Positions 45,081-54,486 of a stretch of 64,000 bases of DNA are shown in pieces. Origin of the DNA: a virus (Duplodnaviria > Heunggongvirae > Uroviricota > Caudoviricetes); IMG/VR virus record IMGVR_UViG_3300025887_000009; one strand, 5' to 3'. The translations under genes were made by a program, and so were the position numbers. A model generated the notes under the pieces. That model ran no database searches. It was not told the origin of the DNA and saw nothing but the letters and a program-made list of their open reading frames with translations. Positions within the stretch are counted from its first letter, which is position 1. Each line of letters begins with the position of its first letter.

Positions 45081-46064
45081 ATGAGTATTGTGTATGATAC
45101 ATTAATGACCTATCTGCCTGGCAAGAGGAAGACAACGCCGAGCGGATGGACGTCGTTTAACGCTACCTGTTGTATTCACAATGGCGAGTCTGCAGATACA
45201 CGAATGCGCGGCGGCGTTATTGGTAGTGATGAAGAAGTTAGTTATCATTGCTTTAACTGTGGCTATAAAGCAAGTCATGTTAAAGGGCGCACACTATCTC
45301 ATAATATGAGAAAACTGTTTGTTTGGTTAGGAATACCTGACGACACTATTAATAAAATTGCTTTACAACTTCTAAGAGAAAAAGAAGGCGTAGAGTCTAC
45401 AGAAAGAATAGTTCATCTACCAAGTTTTGATGAAAAGGAACTGCCTCCTGATTCTAAGCCTATTTTAGATTGGGATATCGAAAACAATCAATATATTGTT
45501 AAAGTTGCAACCTACATGAACGAACGAGGATTGTATCTTGACGACTACAACTTTCACTGGTCGCCTGATAGAATATACCGTAACAGACTTATGATACCAT
45601 TTTACTATGAGGGTAAAATTGTCGGCTGGACTGCAAGAGACGTGACAGGAAATGCAGCATCAAAATACATGTCGCACCAGCCTGTAGGATATGTGTTTAA
45701 TTTAGACGAGCAACAAAATAATCGTGTATTCTGCTTGGTGTTCGAAGGACCAATTGATGCAATATACTTTGACGGAGTTGCGATACTAGGATCAGAAATC
45801 AAAGACGAGCAAGCATTGCTAATTAATAGACTGGCTAAAATAAATGTATTAGTGCCTGACAGAGACAGCAAAGGCAAACAGATGGTTCAACAAGCAATCG
45901 ATCTAGGCTGGCTTGTTTCGTTTCCTGAGTGGGAAGAAGGCATAGATGATGCTGGCTCGGCTGTTGAAAAATACGGAAGGCTATATACGTTGCACTCGAT
46001 TATCGGCGCAATCGAGACAAGCCCACTTAAGATAAAACTAAGGATGAAGAAATGGTTTGGTTAA
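45081..46064 (+). CDS. 61: DNA primase (gp61-like; zinc ribbon + TOPRIM)
   Basis: 'CCIHNGE...CFNCGY' zinc ribbon. TOPRIM-like 'VFCLVFEGPIDAIYFDG' and 'VPDRDSKG'. A perfect sigma70 promoter lies upstream. Confidence 0.7.
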   Translation: MSIVYDTLMTYLPGKRKTTPSGWTSFNATCCIHNGESADTRMRGGVIGSDEEVSYHCFNCGYKASHVKGRTLSHNMRKLFVWLGIPDDTINKIALQLLREKEGVESTERIVHLPSFDEKELPPDSKPILDWDIENNQYIVKVATYMNERGLYLDDYNFHWSPDRIYRNRLMIPFYYEGKIVGWTARDVTGNAASKYMSHQPVGYVFNLDEQQNNRVFCLVFEGPIDAIYFDGVAILGSEIKDEQALLINRLAKINVLVPDRDSKGKQMVQQAIDLGWLVSFPEWEEGIDDAGSAVEKYGRLYTLHSIIGAIETSPLKIKLRMKKWFG

Positions 46065-46182
46065 AGAAGCTTTGGGGAATTATTAAATTTCCATACACAT
46101 GGTATAAAGAAGAGAAGGCGTTTAAAAAGCGTCTTAAGAAAATGAGAGAACAAGATCCGTTTATATACCGATAAGGAACACA

Positions 46183-47154
46183 ATGACAACAAAAATTATC
46201 TGGGGAATGACTGGTAACAGCCATGACGCAAGCATTGCCGGTTTTACACACGACGGTAAAACATTAACACCAAAATGGGCAAAGTTAGCCAATAACTCTG
46301 ACATCACCGAAGAGCTTATTCAAGGAGCAATAGAAAATGTCGGTTACCCGGATCAAGTAGTCTGGTATGAAAAACCTTTGTTAAAAACTCTACGACAATG
46401 GCGTGCAGGGCAAGGATGGTTGCTAAAAGAAAACAACATCAAGCAATATCTTGCAGAACGTAATTTATGCGACATTCCTATCGTCTATACCAAACACCAC
46501 CTCAGTCATGCAGCATATGCTTACTATACGCAACCGTATGCCGACTGTGCAATAATCTGTCTTGACTCAATTGGAGAGTTTGAAACATTAACGATGTGGA
46601 AAGGCGACAAAGACTGGCGGCTTACTAAAGTCTATTCACAAAACTATCCGCATAGTCTTGGTTTGTTTTATTCAGCTATGGTTCAGCGCGCCGGCGGCAC
46701 GCCGCAACAAGATGAACATTTGTTAGCAGCACTCGGCGATCCAGTAAAAGGTATTGATTCTCTTGTTCCTGCTATCTACGAAGATATTTTGGAAATACAA
46801 GACACTGCTCCGTTTATTAAGATGAAGCAAAACTTGCACAAAGGATACAAAGACTGGCGTCCAGATCTTAAAAAATTTAAGGATCGAAAACGCATTGCAG
46901 CGGCAACACAATCAGTATTTGAAGATTGCATCAGTCATTTGTCGTCTAAAGCAGTGTATCTAACTGGATCACCAAATCTTGCACTTGCAGGTGGCGGAGC
47001 AATGAATAAAAGAGCGGTTGACAAAATTCGAAATCAATGGCATAATGTACATGTACCGGTAAATCCAGGCGACCCAGGGTCTGCGATAGGTGCAGTTCTA
47101 GCGCGGTATAATCAGCGTGTGAACATAGACGGAATTTGGGAGACAAAGGAGTAA
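46183..47154 (+). CDS. carbamoyltransferase N-terminal (Kae1/NodU-like ASKHA) domain protein
   Basis: 'ILGMTGNSHDASIA', 'HHLSHAAYAY', 'CLDSIGE', 'SLGLFYSAMVQ', 'LAGGGAMNKRAV' and 'NPGDPGSAIGAVL' match the NodU/CmcH/TobZ N-domain. No YrdC-like C-domain. Confidence 0.6.
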   Translation: MTTKIIWGMTGNSHDASIAGFTHDGKTLTPKWAKLANNSDITEELIQGAIENVGYPDQVVWYEKPLLKTLRQWRAGQGWLLKENNIKQYLAERNLCDIPIVYTKHHLSHAAYAYYTQPYADCAIICLDSIGEFETLTMWKGDKDWRLTKVYSQNYPHSLGLFYSAMVQRAGGTPQQDEHLLAALGDPVKGIDSLVPAIYEDILEIQDTAPFIKMKQNLHKGYKDWRPDLKKFKDRKRIAAATQSVFEDCISHLSSKAVYLTGSPNLALAGGGAMNKRAVDKIRNQWHNVHVPVNPGDPGSAIGAVLARYNQRVNIDGIWETKE

Positions 47155-47155
47155 A

Positions 47156-48586
47156 ATGGCAGTAAGACAAAACACAGACTACGGGGTAGACATACAAAAG
47201 GTTTATCTCGAAATAATGCTATCAGATGCAGAAACATTTGTACGATGCCAGAATATTTTTGACGATACGTTGTTTGACAGATCATTGCAACCGTCTGCAA
47301 AGTTCATAAATGATTATGTAACAGAATACAATGCTATGCCGACCATTGATATTGTATCATCTGCTACCGGAACAAAATTTAAGGAAATAACAGACCTTGC
47401 TGAAAATCATTATGACTGGTTACTTGACGAATTTGAAACATTTACAAAACACAAAGCACTAGAACGGGCAATATTCGAAAGTGCAGACTTATTAGAAAAA
47501 GGCGACTACGGACCAGTAGAAGAGCGCATTAAAGCAGCCGTACAAATCGGTTTGCAGAAAGACATGGGCACAGATTACTTTGGTAATCCTCTTGAACGAT
47601 TGATGGCAATTAAAGACAAGAACGGACAGATATCTACAGGCTGGCCTGGGTTGGATAGAAAGCTGTTTGGTGGATTTAACAGAGGCGAACTAAACATCTT
47701 CGCAGGTGCATCAGGCGCAGGTAAGAGTTTGTTCCTTGCTAACCTCGGAGTGAACTGGGCCGAGGCAGGCTACAACGTATTGTATCTAACATTAGAGCTT
47801 AGTGAAAACCTAGTTGGTATGCGACTCGACTCTATGACAACAGGCATACCATCGCGGGACATCTTTAAGAATATCGAAGACGTTAACTTAAAGGTCAGAA
47901 TGATTGGTAAGAAGAGTGGATCATTCCAAATCAAATATATGCCCAGCGGCAAGACAGCAAACGATGTTCGTGCATACTTAAAAGAACTTGAAATCAAAAC
48001 AGGACGCAAAGTAGATATTGTGTTGCTTGACTATCTTGATCTGTTGATGCCTATCTCTATTAAAATTAGTCCAGAGAACTTGTTCATCAAAGACAAATAC
48101 GTATCAGAAGAACTACGCAATCTAGCAATGGAATTGAACACTATCTTTGTAACAGCATCGCAGTTAAACAGAGGTGCAACAGAGGAAGTTGAATTTGACC
48201 ATTCACACATCTCAGGAGGCTTGTCAAAGATTCAAACAGCAGACAACGTGCTCGGTATCTTTACATCTAGGGCAATGCGAGAACGAGGACGATATCAGCT
48301 TCAGTTAATGAAGACACGTTCGTCATCCGGTGTTGGCTCAAAAATTGATCTAGGATTTAATGTAGATACATTGCGCATTGAAGATTTAGGCGAAGACGAA
48401 GACGGAGATTCTCCAACTGCATCTGCAAGTTCAAAAGTCGGCGCTGCTATCATTGACAAAGTAAAACGCAATAGTTCTAGCAGAGACGAAGATGCAGACG
48501 AACCGGCACCTAAGATCCGCGCAGAAGCAGACTCGACTAAATTGCGAGCATTTTTAAATAATCTTGGAAACGACGACGAAGATTAA
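47156..48586 (+). CDS. 41: replicative DNA helicase (DnaB/gp41 family)
   Basis: Walker A 'GASGAGKS' in a RecA-like C-domain. Acidic C-tail. Confidence 0.85.
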   Translation: MAVRQNTDYGVDIQKVYLEIMLSDAETFVRCQNIFDDTLFDRSLQPSAKFINDYVTEYNAMPTIDIVSSATGTKFKEITDLAENHYDWLLDEFETFTKHKALERAIFESADLLEKGDYGPVEERIKAAVQIGLQKDMGTDYFGNPLERLMAIKDKNGQISTGWPGLDRKLFGGFNRGELNIFAGASGAGKSLFLANLGVNWAEAGYNVLYLTLELSENLVGMRLDSMTTGIPSRDIFKNIEDVNLKVRMIGKKSGSFQIKYMPSGKTANDVRAYLKELEIKTGRKVDIVLLDYLDLLMPISIKISPENLFIKDKYVSEELRNLAMELNTIFVTASQLNRGATEEVEFDHSHISGGLSKIQTADNVLGIFTSRAMRERGRYQLQLMKTRSSSGVGSKIDLGFNVDTLRIEDLGEDEDGDSPTASASSKVGAAIIDKVKRNSSSRDEDADEPAPKIRAEADSTKLRAFLNNLGNDDED

Positions 48587-48589
48587 TAG

Positions 48590-48618
48590 TTGACACAGCT
48601 TAACGGCTGTGTTACATT
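48590..48618 (+). promoter_or_regulatory. sigma70-like promoter (TTGACA-N17-TACATT) overlapping a hairpin
   Basis: The spacer contains the inverted repeat ACACAGC..GCTGTGT after the helicase gene. Confidence 0.35.
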
Positions 48619-48643
48619 GTGCTAACAAGCTGAGGATATGTAG

Positions 48644-48904
48644 ATGCCATTAAGTAAAATAAAACCTACCTGGCACATCGAAGTCGATACCCGTCTTCAT
48701 CCTTTAATTAGTGTCATTCAAACAATCTTACTGCTCAGCAATTTCGGCTTCGATGTAGAAGAAATGCCCGAATGTCATGCACGGTGGAAATGGCAGTACC
48801 AATTAACCCACGATAGCAAAAGTGCATTTACTGCTTTTATGATGTTATATCCCGGAGACGTAACCGACCTTATAACTGTAGTATGGGAAAGAGAATGTTT
48901 GTAG
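48644..48904 (+). CDS. hypothetical protein (86 aa)
   Basis: ORF after a promoter-like TTGACA-17-TACATT. Confidence 0.35.
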   Translation: MPLSKIKPTWHIEVDTRLHPLISVIQTILLLSNFGFDVEEMPECHARWKWQYQLTHDSKSAFTAFMMLYPGDVTDLITVVWERECL

Positions 48905-49197
48905 AACGAAAAATTGTAAACCTGTATTATATTAGCACAACCGTCGATCACAATAGTTACTACAATCTACTTAAGATTGTAGAGAAGGTACATTTTACTC
49001 AATTAAGAGGTCCGTTTGCCTATGCGTATAGGGTGTTTTATTTTAAAGATGAAAAAGATGAAACAATATGGCTGTTATCCTGTAGAGACATTCCTCGAGC
49101 TTTCTCAACCCGTGCAGTAGATAATAAAATTTCATTTAAAGAAGCAGTGATAAGAAAATTACAAAAAGATAAGTCTATTCTTTTTAGGCCTTTTTAG
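48883..49197 (+). CDS. hypothetical protein (104 aa)
   Basis: ORF overlapping the previous one. Confidence 0.35.
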   Translation: MGKRMFVERKIVNLYYISTTVDHNSYYNLLKIVEKVHFTQLRGPFAYAYRVFYFKDEKDETIWLLSCRDIPRAFSTRAVDNKISFKEAVIRKLQKDKSILFRPF

Positions 49198-49346
49198 CAA
49201 GCACACTTCTAAATTTTGCTTCTCTAGTATCATTATGCGTTACGCATATATAGATAAAAAAATTAACAAACCTGCACGACAGGTAGGTTTTAACGTGGCG
49301 GAAACTACCTGTCGTTAAGGTTTAGAAAAAGATGGTTCTTTATTAT

Positions 49347-49634
49347 CTAGTCTAGGTCTGTAAATACTAGTTCTGTCTCCCAGCAAGGATCAATCCATTG
49401 GCCAGAAGATAACACCAAGAATGTGCTAAGATTCTCGGGTGCGTTGTCTATTATTATTTGTATCCAAGTGCGGTGAACATGTTCTATCATAGCATCGTGT
49501 CCTTGTGCACACATCCACGCAACAGCTTTTTCTGCCCTGCGTTCCATCTTAAACATGTGTGTTAGGTATACTGAATATCTTACATTAGAATCTCGAGACT
49601 CGTCTAAGTTGGTGCTAATAATTCTTACTCGCAT
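49347..49634 (-). CDS. hypothetical early protein
   Basis: Member of a densely packed leftward small-gene block. Confidence 0.4.
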   Translation of the reverse strand: MRVRIISTNLDESRDSNVRYSVYLTHMFKMERRAEKAVAWMCAQGHDAMIEHVHRTWIQIIIDNAPENLSTFLVLSSGQWIDPCWETELVFTDLD

Positions 49635-49642
49635 ACACGTAC

Positions 49643-49906
49643 TTATGCAAACATTAAACTAAACCAAGTTTTTTCCTTGTCAGATCGAAAATACACTAGT
49701 AAATCTCTGTCAGTGTGTACTGCATAAATTCCCTGACCGCAACAGACTTGATATATGTTTTCTATAGTTATGTGATCGCACATTTCTTCAGCTCGGATTG
49801 AAACATAATATCTTTCTGGTTCTGTTATCATTTCCCATTTGTTTTCTTCGTACTCGTACGGTTGCTCACTTTCGGGGAAATATCCAAACTCAATTTTCAT
49901 GACCAT
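49643..49906 (-). CDS. hypothetical early protein
   Basis: Packed ORF in the leftward block. Confidence 0.4.
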   Translation of the reverse strand: MVMKIEFGYFPESEQPYEYEENKWEMITEPERYYVSIRAEEMCDHITIENIYQVCCGQGIYAVHTDRDLLVYFRSDKEKTWFSLMFA

Positions 49907-50160
49907 TTTAACAAGAATACAGTAAAGGCCGCTTCTGATTCAAATTCAATCGAGTGCCATCGTGGTTGGTTATTACTTTCCGACACGCCTCCGAGAATTT
50001 TAGCCTTGTGTAGCTTCTTCCATTGTATCTCCATTGTTGTCCAATGGTTAGGTTGTTTTGCTAAATGGTTAGCACCGCCTAATGATTTAACAACTGCGTG
50101 GTGAGCTCGCTGAAAAGGTCCGTCGATCTCATACATCTTTACAATATAAGTCATATGCAC
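49897..50160 (-). CDS. hypothetical early protein
   Basis: Packed ORF with a 10-nt overlap. Confidence 0.4.
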   Translation of the reverse strand: MHMTYIVKMYEIDGPFQRAHHAVVKSLGGANHLAKQPNHWTTMEIQWKKLHKAKILGGVSESNNQPRWHSIEFESEAAFTVFLLKWS

Positions 50161-50474
50161 ATTGTAAATTTTGTAGCGTCTTTGTTATACGCAAAATAGA
50201 ACCGAGAGTTTAGATTGACCCATGCGCCTTCTTTGAGGTTCTTTCGGCACCAGACCTTAGCTTTAATTAGATCAGTTAGAGATATTTTAATGCAACTATA
50301 TCCAGCTGCGGTCACATCACTGACTTTTTGTTTCTTTTTTCTATTGTCTAATTTAATAAAATGTTGGTAATGTACTTTTTTCATAATAACCTCTGATGTC
50401 CAACCCTTCCAAATTCTGGATCGTCTTGATTTAAAAATTGGATAGGATTTAACAATCGGACGGATCTGCATCAT
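50151..50474 (-). CDS. hypothetical early protein
   Basis: Packed ORF. Confidence 0.4.
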   Translation of the reverse strand: MMQIRPIVKSYPIFKSRRSRIWKGWTSEVIMKKVHYQHFIKLDNRKKKQKVSDVTAAGYSCIKISLTDLIKAKVWCRKNLKEGAWVNLNSRFYFAYNKDATKFTMCI

Positions 50475-50477
50475 ACG

Positions 50478-50897
50478 TTAACTCCAGATAAGTATGAACA
50501 AAATAAGGTCTCGATCATCTTTGAATCCCATTGCTAATCTATCTACTCCAAATGTACCAATTGGAGAATATTGATCTTTGTAATCTTTTATGTGTGGCAG
50601 CCAGAAATGTTTAAACTTGTTTCTGCAATGTTTCTCACACCAATTTATTACGTTGTCACAATTATGAATAGGTCCCCACATGCTGTCATGAGTAACTCCT
50701 AGTTTACTAGAATCGATAATTGTGTAGTAAGGATAGCCACAGAATATTTCTTCAAGGTTTCGACCTTCTGGATTTAAACCCGGATCATTGTGGTAAAGAT
50801 AATTCTCCCAACTACGGTAACCGCCATCTTTGAGAACTTGATCCCATTCGCGTTCTAATCGTGTATACTTAAACTGCTTAAATAATTTTCTTAGCAA
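50478..50897 (-). CDS. hypothetical early protein (139 aa)
   Basis: Packed ORF. Confidence 0.4.
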   Translation of the reverse strand: MLRKLFKQFKYTRLEREWDQVLKDGGYRSWENYLYHNDPGLNPEGRNLEEIFCGYPYYTIIDSSKLGVTHDSMWGPIHNCDNVINWCEKHCRNKFKHFWLPHIKDYKDQYSPIGTFGVDRLAMGFKDDRDLILFILIWS

Positions 50898-50906
50898 CTT
50901 AGTCTC

Positions 50907-51278
50907 TTAAGGTGGTGCATCTTTTGGCTTCCATAACTTTGCAAATTTAAGCACATTAGGTCTAACTGCATCTTCTGTTACTAACGGAATTGCGCAACTT
51001 GGATTGCCCTCTAATACAGTACTTTCGTAACCTATGTACGCATTATTTATACTACACACCTTGTCAAATTCCTTCTGGTTTACTTGAACAACGCATTTCT
51101 TAAAATTGTTTGTAAACCAATCTATGTATTCAGGAAATTTGTATGTGCCTTGGTCAAAGATATCTTCAAGTTTGTTTACAGCGATAAAATGTTTGTGTGC
51201 ACCTAGCACTGAATGTGCAACAAGAACAGGTACCATATGATCCGGTACTTGGTCTAGAACTGCAATATACATTTTCAT
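50907..51278 (-). CDS. possible PTH2-type peptidyl-tRNA hydrolase-like protein
   Basis: N-terminus 'MKMYIAVLDQVPDHMVPVLVAHSVLGAHKHF' resembles the PTH2 'KMVIVVRTDL...IAAQCAHAALGAY' start. Weak call. Confidence 0.3.
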   Translation of the reverse strand: MKMYIAVLDQVPDHMVPVLVAHSVLGAHKHFIAVNKLEDIFDQGTYKFPEYIDWFTNNFKKCVVQVNQKEFDKVCSINNAYIGYESTVLEGNPSCAIPLVTEDAVRPNVLKFAKLWKPKDAPP

Positions 51279-51460
51279 TTTGTTTCCTGACTGATTCTAA
51301 ATTTAGTATAGTAATCATCCCAGATAATCATCCAGCCTGGAATTGCAAGTGCGTTTAATACAACTTTCCACCAAATCTCTTCGATGAACATTCCTGTTGT
51401 GACTGTAAAAAGTGCGTGTGCAACAATTGCTGCTGCAATGTAATCATACCAACGTATCAT
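51275..51460 (-). CDS. small membrane protein (61 aa)
   Basis: Hydrophobic 61-aa ORF with a sigma70-like promoter upstream on the minus strand. Confidence 0.4.
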   Translation of the reverse strand: MIRWYDYIAAAIVAHALFTVTTGMFIEEIWWKVVLNALAIPGWMIIWDDYYTKFRISQETK

Positions 51461-51483
51461 GTACTGTCTCCTATTTGTAAGTT

Positions 51484-51512
51484 TACTATATGCTAACTAG
51501 ACAACAATGTCA
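51484..51512 (-). promoter_or_regulatory. sigma70-type promoter on minus strand (TTGACA-N17-TATAGT)
   Basis: rc of plus 51507-51512 gives TTGACA. rc of 51484-51489 gives TATAGT. Upstream of the ORF at 51275..51460. Confidence 0.5.
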
Positions 51513-51923
51513 ACTTTTAATCCCTCTATGTCGGAAGCCAGATCCGTAAGGTTTAACAGTTAACTCGATCCAATCTTTTATTCCTACACCGTCGTGCTGA
51601 TGTGTAGTCGAAACCGTTAATTGTTCGTTGTCCCAAAATGATACAAATTCCTGCCACAACTCTTGGTGTTTAGCGTTACCTTTGATTGCAGCATGTATCC
51701 AAGATTTTAAGTTATAGTCACTGATTTTAATATACGGTATTTTTCCGCTTTCAATATCAGTGACTATATTAGTTTGCCATTTATTAAGGGTATCTTGTAT
51801 TTTTTTGCGTTCTTTACGAATCTTGGCCATGTCAGCAAGGTGCTGAGCTTCAAGGCCTTTAACCTTAGCTTGGTCGAGCTCTGTCAAAGTAGCTTTTAAT
51901 TTATCAACTAGTTTCATTCCCAC
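51510..51923 (-). CDS. hypothetical early protein (137 aa)
   Basis: Packed ORF with a coiled-coil N-terminus. Confidence 0.4.
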   Translation of the reverse strand: MGMKLVDKLKATLTELDQAKVKGLEAQHLADMAKIRKERKKIQDTLNKWQTNIVTDIESGKIPYIKISDYNLKSWIHAAIKGNAKHQELWQEFVSFWDNEQLTVSTTHQHDGVGIKDWIELTVKPYGSGFRHRGIKS

Positions 51924-52261
51924 TGTCCTAATCCTTCTGAACTAAACGGATGTGTGTCGTCGTTAAAATCATGCAAGTAGCCTTCATCATCAAAAGGATC
52001 GCATTCTTCACCGGTTCGACTGTTCATCCAAACTTTACCTTCGCGACGAATTTTCTTCATACGCTCTGGATGCAAATTGCTTACACCTTTGCCGTTAAGA
52101 TATGCAGCATGTTGTCCGTTTTTCTTCTCTTGTGCAATAGCTTTGCATCTTTTGCTACAGAATTTACCCCAGCCTCGATCTAAGTCAGCTCGGCGAACTT
52201 CGTGACCTTTGCCACAACATGCACATAATTTTAAAACCATTGTTGCCATTGTCTCTTCCAA
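51914..52261 (-). CDS. hypothetical zinc-binding protein
   Basis: Cys pairs 'CACCGKGH...CSKRCK'. Confidence 0.4.
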   Translation of the reverse strand: MEETMATMVLKLCACCGKGHEVRRADLDRGWGKFCSKRCKAIAQEKKNGQHAAYLNGKGVSNLHPERMKKIRREGKVWMNSRTGEECDPFDDEGYLHDFNDDTHPFSSEGLGQWE

Positions 52262-52337
52262 TATATTTCTTATAACTTACTATAGCGCCGGAGCAATCAG
52301 AAAGCAAGAAGCAATTGTAGTTATTACCAGGCCGGCA

Positions 52338-52586
52338 TTATCGGTCGTCGGAGTCAATTGGAAATGTTTCAGGATGATGTGGAATTTCTTCAAAGCTGTC
52401 AATCTCACACATTCCGCGTAGTTTCCACGTTCCGAACTCGCACATCAAAACATGTCCAAGAGCATGTTCGAATTCGCCCAAGCATGTATATACCAGTTCA
52501 CGTTCGATTTCATACATTTTCGGCGAGCTGTCTTTGAGCATATCGATCCACCAGCCTGCTCGTCTATATAGTTTAAGAGTTTTCAT
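52338..52586 (-). CDS. hypothetical early protein
   Basis: Packed ORF. Confidence 0.4.
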   Translation of the reverse strand: MKTLKLYRRAGWWIDMLKDSSPKMYEIERELVYTCLGEFEHALGHVLMCEFGTWKLRGMCEIDSFEEIPHHPETFPIDSDDR

Positions 52587-52589
52587 ATT

Positions 52590-52808
52590 TTATACTCCGT
52601 CAATTACCACAGCTCTGCAAAGGTCATTTGCATCGTACTCTCCGATGTCTTCGTCTGCAATTTCTTCTCCATCTTCGTCTACATATCTCATCACCGGACC
52701 GCCTGCGGCAAGACACATCTGACCATGGTCTGCCCAGACGTAAACTGGAACATTGCCATTTTCTTTTTCAAGCTTTTTAAGCTGTTTAATCAATTTTTTA
52801 ATCTTCAT
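52590..52808 (-). CDS. hypothetical early protein
   Basis: Packed ORF. Confidence 0.4.
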   Translation of the reverse strand: MKIKKLIKQLKKLEKENGNVPVYVWADHGQMCLAAGGPVMRYVDEDGEEIADEDIGEYDANDLCRAVVIDGV

Positions 52809-53035
52809 GTTTTGTTAATGCTTTCTTGTTCGAGCAGATCTAGCAGCCAGCCACCGCCTTCATAAACACTGTCGTGCCAAACAAATCCAGCATCTTCCAG
52901 CTTGTTGAGTTCTTCTTGTGAAAGTTGATCTCGCGGTGCAAGATCGCCAGGAATACCAAATGAGCCGTTGCCTTTTTCTTCAATGCGCGTCAACATCATT
53001 TCTAGTACTTCGATAAGATTTTTATCAAGTTTCAT
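52805..53035 (-). CDS. hypothetical early protein
   Basis: Packed ORF with a 4-nt overlap. Confidence 0.4.
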   Translation of the reverse strand: MKLDKNLIEVLEMMLTRIEEKGNGSFGIPGDLAPRDQLSQEELNKLEDAGFVWHDSVYEGGGWLLDLLEQESINKT

Positions 53036-53406
53036 TTCTGTTTCCGTCTCTCTTCTTTTAAGTGTTTCATAAAATTATTCATATAGCTGATAATCTTTTC
53101 TTTACCAACTGGGTTCATACTATGTACAGTATAGTGGAAATCCTTAGGAAAGTCAAGATCATTATCAAGAATATGATCACACAGCCAGCGAGCAAAGTCG
53201 TAGCCTGTCTTGTCGCCATGGCCTTGTACGTAATGCTCTTCAGCAAGATCGTGGTCGAAATGTACAACCTGCGGAATGCCGTAACGAGTAACATAGAAAA
53301 TAGCATCATCCATATTGCGAGCAATGATCAGTAGTTCGTCCTTTTCATACGAAACCTTTGCTTGGTCTAGTGTTCTAATGTCATCGAGGAAAAGATACCA
53401 TTTCAT
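53032..53406 (-). CDS. hypothetical early protein (124 aa)
   Basis: Packed ORF with His-rich motifs 'HFDHD' and 'HYTVHS'. Confidence 0.4.
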   Translation of the reverse strand: MKWYLFLDDIRTLDQAKVSYEKDELLIIARNMDDAIFYVTRYGIPQVVHFDHDLAEEHYVQGHGDKTGYDFARWLCDHILDNDLDFPKDFHYTVHSMNPVGKEKIISYMNNFMKHLKEERRKQK

Positions 53407-53420
53407 TTTATTACCCTTTG

Positions 53421-53672
53421 CTATCGCTTCTGGTGGCGATTGATTTCTTCGTCAGTAAATTGCCCGCCGGACCTGTCGGGATTGTGTTCCCAAGACAGTG
53501 CACTTAATACATCTCCCATGCTGTCGCAGCCTGCTGAATATCCAGCTTGCCATGCAACGTACAACAATTCGTAGTTGTCATGATTTAGCATCTTTGTAAG
53601 TTTGTCTTGGTTTGATTCAAACCATTTATCAAATTTACTAACACTCATTGCGTTATTCCTTGTACTTTCCAT
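53421..53672 (-). CDS. hypothetical early protein
   Basis: Packed ORF. Confidence 0.4.
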   Translation of the reverse strand: MESTRNNAMSVSKFDKWFESNQDKLTKMLNHDNYELLYVAWQAGYSAGCDSMGDVLSALSWEHNPDRSGGQFTDEEINRHQKR

Positions 53673-54058
53673 TCACCAAAATCGCCGTAGTAGTTGTCCT
53701 TGTGACGGCATTCTTTGAAGCTCATAACTCTTGCCTCTGCCAGATCGCCGGTGATGCTTTGCTCAAACACACGGCACTCTTGCATCATTTGTGTTTGCAC
53801 AGTCGGCGGTCCTATAATAAAAAACAAGCTCGGGAAAAAGGTGATAATAAACATCGCTGGACCCCATTTTTGATATTTTCTAAGTTTATCAAAAAATGTC
53901 ATTGGACCGGCTATAATAAGTGTGCCTACAAGTACATAAGGAAAAACCCAAAAGGTGTTAACAAGCATTTCTCCATCAAGCAAGTAAAACAGCAATTCGG
54001 CTGCACCTAACATAATATCTCTAATCATTTCCTTCTCCATAGTGTAGGACCGTTCCAC
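53645..54058 (-). CDS. predicted multi-pass membrane protein
   Basis: Several hydrophobic segments (three or more predicted TM helices). Confidence 0.4.
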   Translation of the reverse strand: MERSYTMEKEMIRDIMLGAAELLFYLLDGEMLVNTFWVFPYVLVGTLIIAGPMTFFDKLRKYQKWGPAMFIITFFPSLFFIIGPPTVQTQMMQECRVFEQSITGDLAEARVMSFKECRHKDNYYGDFGEWKVQGITQ

Positions 54059-54426
54059 GAGTCCGAGTCAGTAACAACACATCCTTTCGGAACGTAGTAC
54101 TCTTTTTTAGTGCGTTCGCCTTTGAGGACTTCACCGAAAGGATTTTCTCTGCCATCATCAGAAACATAATTTAGAAGTGTAAAGAGGTAGTCTCGACCAC
54201 TTTGTTCCACTTCGTCTGCTGTGCCTTTAAACCAAGTTCGAACTTCTGTGTCTTCTAACTGTTCTTGATGAGATCTAGCAAACCAAGGATGTGATAGTGA
54301 ATGAAAGTTAGATATGCACGGCTTAGGCGCATTATACGCTTCATACAGTGTGCCTGCATAGAAAAAGCTAGCACATGCTAGTGACGCAATTGCCCATCCT
54401 GTAATGTATCCGTATCGATTAACCAT
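54025..54426 (-). CDS. N-terminally anchored / secreted protein
   Basis: N-terminal hydrophobic segment 'ITGWAIASLACASFFYAGTLY'. Confidence 0.4.
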   Translation of the reverse strand: MVNRYGYITGWAIASLACASFFYAGTLYEAYNAPKPCISNFHSLSHPWFARSHQEQLEDTEVRTWFKGTADEVEQSGRDYLFTLLNYVSDDGRENPFGEVLKGERTKKEYYVPKGCVVTDSDSWNGPTLWRRK

Positions 54427-54486
54427 CTTATGATTCTTTCTTTTGTTGTGTTACTAATGTGTAGCATATTACTATTAGCGTGTCAA

